Shown: positions 58,263-64,000 of the stretch, piece by piece | How the letters are laid out: every line of letters starts with the position of its first letter | Position numbering within the stretch: position 1 is the first letter of the stretch | Virus record (IMG/VR): IMGVR_UViG_3300028048_000081 | Span: 1 to 64,000 of that record | DNA length: 64,000 bases | Origin: a virus | Taxonomy: Duplodnaviria; Caudoviricetes | Direction: 5' to 3' (one strand) | Made by a program: the position numbers and the translations under genes | Notes under the pieces: generated by a model | What the model was told of the DNA's origin: nothing | What the model saw: the letters and a program-made list of their open reading frames with translations, nothing else | The model's database searches: none

Positions 58263-58604
58263 ATGAATGTTATTCATTCAAATATTTCAAGTAGTGCAAA
58301 ATGCATAGAAACATATAAAGGATATAGAATATATTTCGATGAAGGAACTGCAACATATCATATTTTCTTACATGATACAAAAATAGAATTTCCAGATATG
58401 TCGGAAGTAACAGAATACATAGACGATATTTCATTAGAAGACACAGAAGATCTAAAAGAATATGAAGTAAGATACATAGACGCAGATGATATTACACACA
58501 GTACAGATGTAGTTGCTGTATCTGATAAAGATGCGATGTCTAAAGCATGCTCAATGTTAGGAAGCAACTGTTATAGAATAATAGATGTATCCGAATTAAA
58601 ATAG
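58263..58604 (+). CDS. small acidic protein (MNVIHSNISSS, variant tag)
   Basis: GAGGAG RBS. Confidence 0.7.
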   Translation: MNVIHSNISSSAKCIETYKGYRIYFDEGTATYHIFLHDTKIEFPDMSEVTEYIDDISLEDTEDLKEYEVRYIDADDITHSTDVVAVSDKDAMSKACSMLGSNCYRIIDVSELK

Positions 58605-58617
58605 ATAGGGAGGCAAT

Positions 58618-58863
58618 ATGTATAAATATATAAAATCTAATTATGCTGGATCGCAACCTATGAAAATATATAATGTATACTTCAAAGATCAGTTTTATGG
58701 TCAAGTTGAAGCAGAATCCGAGGATGATGCCTGGTATCAGTACGAAGATGTAATTCCAGGGGATGAATTGGCTTCGGTTGATCATGATTATCTTCCAGAT
58801 TATATTTTTGTTGTACCTGCGGATGAAGATGATATTGAAGGCTGCGATAAAGTATCATGGTAA
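58618..58863 (+). CDS. tagged acidic protein (MYKYIKSN)
   Basis: GGAGG RBS; may continue to 59041 via a frameshift. Confidence 0.7.
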   Translation: MYKYIKSNYAGSQPMKIYNVYFKDQFYGQVEAESEDDAWYQYEDVIPGDELASVDHDYLPDYIFVVPADEDDIEGCDKVSW

Positions 58864-59055
58864 AGAAGAAATAGTACCTGTTTTAGCAAGGTTCATCTGC
58901 CACTACGGTTATGAGGGACAAACATTTCATAACAAGAAAGATGCAGCAGTTCTTGCACTTGAACTCTTAGAAGAAATGACCGGAACATATTGGGATCCTA
59001 CTCAAGAAGAGTTTGACGATATATTATATAGCATATATTAGAAAGGTGTGTAATC

Positions 59056-59322
59056 ATGAAGCGAGTTATAATTTCTTCTACAATAGCGGATATGGAGAAA
59101 GATATCAAGAAGAGTAAGAATAAGCTCAAGAAGAAACCATTAGTAGAAAACTTCGGACAAGATGAAGTAAGACGTATAAGTGATAAGTATTTTGATCTTC
59201 AGATAGAAAACTATCAGCAATACAGCTCACTTATCAGAGAATTTTCAGATTGGTGTGCAAATTATGAAGGGGACAACATAAGATCGTCTGTTCATTCGTC
59301 TGAAGATATTCATAAAGGATGA
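59056..59322 (+). CDS. tagged protein (MKRVIISS)
   Basis: shared motif; C-terminal IRSS/VHSS copies. Confidence 0.75.
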   Translation: MKRVIISSTIADMEKDIKKSKNKLKKKPLVENFGQDEVRRISDKYFDLQIENYQQYSSLIREFSDWCANYEGDNIRSSVHSSEDIHKG

Positions 59323-59323
59323 T

Positions 59324-60451
59324 ATGTTAGATTACAGATACGCACCAGAATTAGAATCAAAAGTAATATCTAATATAAAATTAGATTATAATTGGATATT
59401 AGTAAATGATGAATCCAAAGTTAAATCTCATTCCATTGTATTCATATATGAAGATACAGATAGGAGATTTTTAGATTCGCTTTTTAGATATTCCGATATC
59501 ATATTAGTATACATAAATAGAAAAATAGATGATAGTTTAAAAGATTTCAGGAGTATAGAATTAAAAGCAATTTCAGATTCCAATCGTATGATACGGTATC
59601 CTGAAGAAGTAACACTATATTTAGAGTCAGGTTTAAAGACCGTTATAAATAATGAAGATAAATTATTGTTAAAACATAAGTCAAAAGAAATGAAGAAAGA
59701 TAACTGGTATGAACGGTATCTTTGTAATGACGGGCAAGCAAATCTAGATGATACACCAAAAGATATAGTATATGTATTAAAGAATGATGTTAAAGCAAAT
59801 GAATTAAGGTACAGTCTGAGATCTGTAGTTAAAAATTTCAAATTCAATCGCATATTCTTCTATGGGGGATGTCCGAAAAACATTCACCCAGATGTTTATG
59901 TAAATTATGAACAGTCAGGAAAAACTAAATATGCTAGAACACGTGGAATGTTTAAAAGTATATTTACAAATAATGATATAACAGAAGACTTCTGGTTATT
60001 CAATGATGATTTTTTCATATTAAGACCTATTGATAGAGTACCTTATATAATAGATGGAACAGTTCAAAAGTATAGGGATGCGATTAGGAAAAGATATGGA
60101 AGAGATTCTGTTTACACTATTAGATTAAGTAAATCAATAGATATACTTGAGAAACATGAACTAGACACTTTAAATTATGAATGTCATGTCCCTATGTTAA
60201 TAAATAGAAACAAAGGCCGAAGACTTCTTAGAGTATTTGATGATGATGCAATATTCAGAAGTACTTACGGGAACTATTTTAAAGTAGGGGGAATGATACA
60301 GAAGGATGTAAAGATCATAAGTTTAAAGAGTATTCCTGAAAATAATGATATATTGCTTTCTACATCAGATGAAAGTTTTAAACACGGAAAAGTTGGAAAA
60401 TATATAAAGGATATGTTCAGCGATAAATGTAGATATGAGGAGGGTATTTAA
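59324..60451 (+). CDS. Stealth-like sugar phosphotransferase/glycosyltransferase
   Basis: DIVY...ELRYSLRSV...FNDDFF. Confidence 0.6.
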   Translation: MLDYRYAPELESKVISNIKLDYNWILVNDESKVKSHSIVFIYEDTDRRFLDSLFRYSDIILVYINRKIDDSLKDFRSIELKAISDSNRMIRYPEEVTLYLESGLKTVINNEDKLLLKHKSKEMKKDNWYERYLCNDGQANLDDTPKDIVYVLKNDVKANELRYSLRSVVKNFKFNRIFFYGGCPKNIHPDVYVNYEQSGKTKYARTRGMFKSIFTNNDITEDFWLFNDDFFILRPIDRVPYIIDGTVQKYRDAIRKRYGRDSVYTIRLSKSIDILEKHELDTLNYECHVPMLINRNKGRRLLRVFDDDAIFRSTYGNYFKVGGMIQKDVKIISLKSIPENNDILLSTSDESFKHGKVGKYIKDMFSDKCRYEEGI

Positions 60452-60825
60452 TGAAGAAATATATTAAATCATCCAGTGGTTATAATAAAGTAGAAATAAT
60501 GAGTTCTGAGGATGGCTTGTATACACTTTATGAAGAAGAAGGTGTGGGAAGAAATGATACTCGTTATACAGGCCTTATAGTAGAATCTTTTGGTACTGCA
60601 TATGATAATGTAATAGAAATAAGACCTATAGCGAAAAATTCTCCAGAATTCAATGGTGGAAAAGTAAAGTACGAATATTCCGGATGTTATATTTCGCATG
60701 GTATGAACGGGCATACAGACACATTAGAAGAAACAGAACAGTATATTTCAGATCTTCAATCTGCTGTCAAGTTTGCTAAAAGAATAAACAATTACATTCG
60801 AGATGCTTGGACGAGGATATTTTAA
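60451..60825 (+). CDS. tagged protein (MKKYIKSS)
   Basis: shared motif, GAGGAGG RBS. Confidence 0.75.
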   Translation: MKKYIKSSSGYNKVEIMSSEDGLYTLYEEEGVGRNDTRYTGLIVESFGTAYDNVIEIRPIAKNSPEFNGGKVKYEYSGCYISHGMNGHTDTLEETEQYISDLQSAVKFAKRINNYIRDAWTRIF

Positions 60826-60848
60826 TTAATAAGGAGTGTATGATAATT

Positions 60849-61148
60849 ATGAAAAAGTATGTTAGATCTAGTAGTCAAGATGTACAGGGAATTGTAGACA
60901 AGTGCAATGAAAATGTCCCGGAACTGCTTTCTAAATTGATGGATGCGTTATATGGATTACAATCATTACAGGAAGATATGGATCCGGTAAGTGATTATGA
61001 AGTGTCAATTCGACATAAGAATGGTCAAGAATATTATTCTGGTCAGAATGAATTTGAAGATTTAGATGCTTGTAAACACAATATAGACGGAGCAGTTGAT
61101 TCTATAAATGATGCAATTGAATATCTTTCGGACTGGAAGGGCATGTAA
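60849..61148 (+). CDS. tagged helical protein (MKKYVRSS)
   Basis: shared motif; AAGGAG upstream. Confidence 0.7.
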   Translation: MKKYVRSSSQDVQGIVDKCNENVPELLSKLMDALYGLQSLQEDMDPVSDYEVSIRHKNGQEYYSGQNEFEDLDACKHNIDGAVDSINDAIEYLSDWKGM

Positions 61149-61175
61149 ATATTAATATACATGTTCATATACATA

Positions 61176-61205
61176 GGAGATGCTACTTATGTAGCATCTT
61201 TTTAT
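61176..61205 (+). terminator. intrinsic terminator
   Basis: GGAGATGCTAC-ttat-GTAGCATCTT then Ts. Confidence 0.75.
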
Positions 61206-61274
61206 TGTGTTTTGAACCTTTTATATCAATAGATAAAAATATACTATTCTAAAACTGTTAGGAGGTACAACAAT

Positions 61275-62105
61275 ATGGCAATTTCCGAAACTGTTGAATT
61301 GCTTGGAAAAGGATTATATGATACTATTCCAGATACTTTAACTCTAAAAGCTATACCTACAGCGTCTGAGCTTGAGGAAGTAGGTAATGAAGATTTTGAT
61401 AAAACAATGTTAGAATCTGTATTGCCTCAAGCTGTTGAAGAGAAGATAGATTTCAGAGATCTTCTTGAAATTGATTTTCAGTGGATATGTAGATGTTTGA
61501 GAATTCTAAATTACGGTCCATATCACACTACAAATGTTATTTTTTGTGATAAGTGTGGAAAATCTTCTTATGGAGAATATGTAGTAAATCTTAAAACAAT
61601 AGAATGCAAACCTCTTCCAGAAGGATTTGTAAATGATATAGAAATAAAGAGAGATGAATTCATAGATTTTGATGGAGATATTCATATTAAACTTCCTACC
61701 ATTCAGCAAGTTCTCAATTCACAGAAAGATAAAGCATTTATGAATTCTAAGGGAGAAGTTAATAGAGAATTATCTAGAATATGTTATATGATATCTTCTG
61801 TAAAAGGAAAAGATACGTTGACACCTCCAGAAATAAAAATATTACTTCAAGACCAAATGTCCTCGGCAGATTTCTTACTGTTAAAGGGCAGAGTAAGAGA
61901 ATTAACGGATTATGGATTAAGAGCAGGAGGATCTGCTCAATGTCCTAAGTGTGGAAATCCAGATGCAGGATTTTTAGCACTTGTAGACGATAGATTTTTT
62001 CGTCCGTCCCTGGGAGCTTTACGACAGTGGAAGCTTGATAGAAGTTCAGGGGAAGATGAAAACACATCAAGAAGTAAGACAGGAACTGTACGAAAACATA
62101 GTTGA
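61275..62105 (+). CDS. tail/baseplate assembly chaperone (T4 gp26-like)
   Basis: CDKCG and CPKCG, ..FF end motif; upstream of tape measure. Confidence 0.6.
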   Translation: MAISETVELLGKGLYDTIPDTLTLKAIPTASELEEVGNEDFDKTMLESVLPQAVEEKIDFRDLLEIDFQWICRCLRILNYGPYHTTNVIFCDKCGKSSYGEYVVNLKTIECKPLPEGFVNDIEIKRDEFIDFDGDIHIKLPTIQQVLNSQKDKAFMNSKGEVNRELSRICYMISSVKGKDTLTPPEIKILLQDQMSSADFLLLKGRVRELTDYGLRAGGSAQCPKCGNPDAGFLALVDDRFFRPSLGALRQWKLDRSSGEDENTSRSKTGTVRKHS

Positions 62106-62271
62106 TGAGATATTATTCATATCTAGAGCTTCAGAAGGTGCTGTTTCTCCGGAATGGATAATGAATCAACCTATACTCATAAGAAAGAAATATGTTGATA
62201 CTTTTACGAAGGAATTGAAGGAAAGAGAGAAAAAAGCAAATATAAATAGTTCGAAAAATAAGGTGAAATAA
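61987..62271 (+). CDS. second chaperone frame (gp51/GT-like), possibly reached by frameshift
   Basis: +1 frame open from 61987 across the T run; SPEWIMNQPILIRKKYV...LKE. Confidence 0.55.
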   Translation, partial: TIDFFVRPWELYDSGSLIEVQGKMKTHQEVRQELYENIVDEILFISRASEGAVSPEWIMNQPILIRKKYVDTFTKELKEREKKANINSSKNKVK

Positions 62272-64000
62272 TGGCGGATGGTAATGGATCAAAATTTGAT
62301 ATAGACGGAGCAAAGCAGGCCAAGTTTTTAGATACAAGTAATAATCAGCCTGTAAATAAGTCAATTGAAACAAACATTCTGTCTGAATTGCGTAAAATGA
62401 ATGAGCAGATATCTGCGCTTAATGGTAACATGCGTGGGATGTCACAGACGAATGCTCAGAATACTGTCTTTGGAAATACTCAAACACAATTTAGAGATGA
62501 TTACAGTAGCCGATTTGGTCAAAACAATAGTGGATCGGATTATGTAAATACTAGATCCGGAGAAAATGTAAAACGTCCTGAAGGTAAGAAGCGTGGGATG
62601 GACGATTCATTACAAGAAACACTCTTCAAGGACTTTTTAGGGGATTCTTTCAAGAAATCTTTCCAAAGTAATCTTTCGGATAAAGCTGCAGATATGTTCA
62701 AGGGTATAAAGGGAAAGGATATATCTGGAGTATTCAAAGATAATCTCAGTAAACAATCTGCAGATTGGTTCAAGGGAACCGATATGGGCAAATCGTTGTT
62801 AGGCCCATTAAATAATCTTGGTGATGTTGCAGGAAAATCTGCTGGAGAGATTGTTTCCGCTTTTGGTAGTGGAGGACTCAAAGGTGCAGCATCTGCAGCA
62901 GAGGCAGCAATAGGACCACTAAGTACTGCTGCAGGTAGTGCTGCAACAGCAATAGGTTCCGCAGCAGTAGCAGCAGCGCCTGCGGCAGCAGCATTGTTAG
63001 CTCTTGATTATGCAACTGAAGTTCTCGGTCATTCATTTAAACTGGCATCTGATGCATTTAGCAGATTAGGAGAGGGAATAAGTAATTCTGCTAATAGAGA
63101 AGAAAAATCCAGCAAACGAAATAGAGAAGAAGCACAGAAACGTCTTGTAGCAGATGTTGAAACTTTAATAAAGAAACCTTTTGAGATATTAGAAGAATCT
63201 GCTCAAAGAGTATATGATGCTTGGGACAGTAATATCAGGTTAATAAATCAGACCCAAGGTTATACTAAATCGGATCTTCAGTTACTGATGGGAGGATTTG
63301 CAGAAAGGGCAAGATCTGAAGGTTTATCTAAATATGTTAATGCTGCAGATATTACTCAAAATCTAGCAAAAGTTTTACAATCTGGATTATCTGGAAAGGT
63401 TGCAGAAGAGTTTGCTTATCAAGCAACAATATTAAATGCTGCAATTCCATTCCAAGATTTCTTCTCATTTGCGGATACATATGCTTCAGTTGCTGCAAAT
63501 CTTATTAAGAATGGAGCAAGCCAAGATGAAGCAATCGCAGCAGCAACATCTAATTTAAGAACATTTGCAAGCACTGTATTATCAGCAAGTAGAGAGTTAT
63601 CAGGTGGGTTCTCAACAGGCCTGAAAGATGCTCAAGGAATATATGAAAAAGCAGTAAAGATTGCAAATGCAGCAAGAATAAGTAATCCTTCTCAGATAGC
63701 AGGAGTACTAACATCTGCTGCAGCAGCAACAGGAGCAATAGCACCTGATTTAGTTTCTACTATAACAGATACAATATATCAAGTTGCAACAGGAGGAAAT
63801 ACAGATCAAGTAGTTGCTCTTAGATCTCTTTATGGGGCAGCAGAAAATACAGAATTCTTAAGGCAGTTTGCAAATGATCCTCAAGGTGTAATGAGGACGA
63901 TATTTACTAATCTTGCAGGAATGTTTAATTCCAGTTCTGGTGTTTATATGACAGCAGCAGGACCGTATGCAGAATTATTTGGAATGTCTTCCGAAGCATT
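62271..64000 (+). CDS. tape measure protein (5' part, truncated by window end)
   Basis: ATG 62271 (MADGNGSKF...), long Ala/Gly-rich helical frame after the chaperones. Confidence 0.75.
   Translation, partial: MADGNGSKFDIDGAKQAKFLDTSNNQPVNKSIETNILSELRKMNEQISALNGNMRGMSQTNAQNTVFGNTQTQFRDDYSSRFGQNNSGSDYVNTRSGENVKRPEGKKRGMDDSLQETLFKDFLGDSFKKSFQSNLSDKAADMFKGIKGKDISGVFKDNLSKQSADWFKGTDMGKSLLGPLNNLGDVAGKSAGEIVSAFGSGGLKGAASAAEAAIGPLSTAAGSAATAIGSAAVAAAPAAAALLALDYATEVLGHSFKLASDAFSRLGEGISNSANREEKSSKRNREEAQKRLVADVETLIKKPFEILEESAQRVYDAWDSNIRLINQTQGYTKSDLQLLMGGFAERARSEGLSKYVNAADITQNLAKVLQSGLSGKVAEEFAYQATILNAAIPFQDFFSFADTYASVAANLIKNGASQDEAIAAATSNLRTFASTVLSASRELSGGFSTGLKDAQGIYEKAVKIANAARISNPSQIAGVLTSAAAATGAIAPDLVSTITDTIYQVATGGNTDQVVALRSLYGAAENTEFLRQFANDPQGVMRTIFTNLAGMFNSSSGVYMTAAGPYAELFGMSSEA

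Noticed and set aside
1-64000. Alternative genetic code (stop reassignment)
   Set aside because: Conserved genes are full length with standard TAA/TAG/TGA stops; the breaks in polymerase and tube are explained by introns or the split

Overview
A ~30% GC window from a large lytic-type myovirus (contractile tail sheath, tube, tape measure), probably of a Firmicute/Clostridia-like host (strong GGAGG RBSs, TTGACw-N17-TATAAT promoters, GH25/CW_7 lysin, Firmicute-style tRNA-Ile2). Order: tRNA and accessory genes, a preQ1-riboswitch-like leader ahead of a queuosine-precursor transporter and an amidase, lysin, a sigma-like factor and AT-rich origin candidate, a full replication module (loader, DnaB, DnaG, SSB, family A polymerase, beta clamp, DnaX/HolA/HolB, RecA, Cas4-like nuclease, resolvase), a DpdA-like DNA transglycosylase, terminase, portal, neck, sheath, fibre-like gene, a ~12 kb array of small acidic ORFs around an intron-split tail tube gene, tail chaperones and the start of the tape measure gene. 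Main points: (1) about 15 otherwise unrelated small proteins share an N-terminal M-[KY]-[KR]-[YV]-[IV]-x-[SA]-[SA] tag, suggesting a capsid-targeting/injected cargo system; (2) the polymerase is split into two overlapping genes at a dead Hint-like segment, and the second gene starts with a hidden 22-codon exon joined by a group I intron; (3) a probable salvage-type 7-deazaguanine DNA modification system; (4) two phage promoter motifs with two sigma-like genes; (5) several unexplained structured RNA/ssDNA elements. All calls come from motifs read by eye; no database searches were run.
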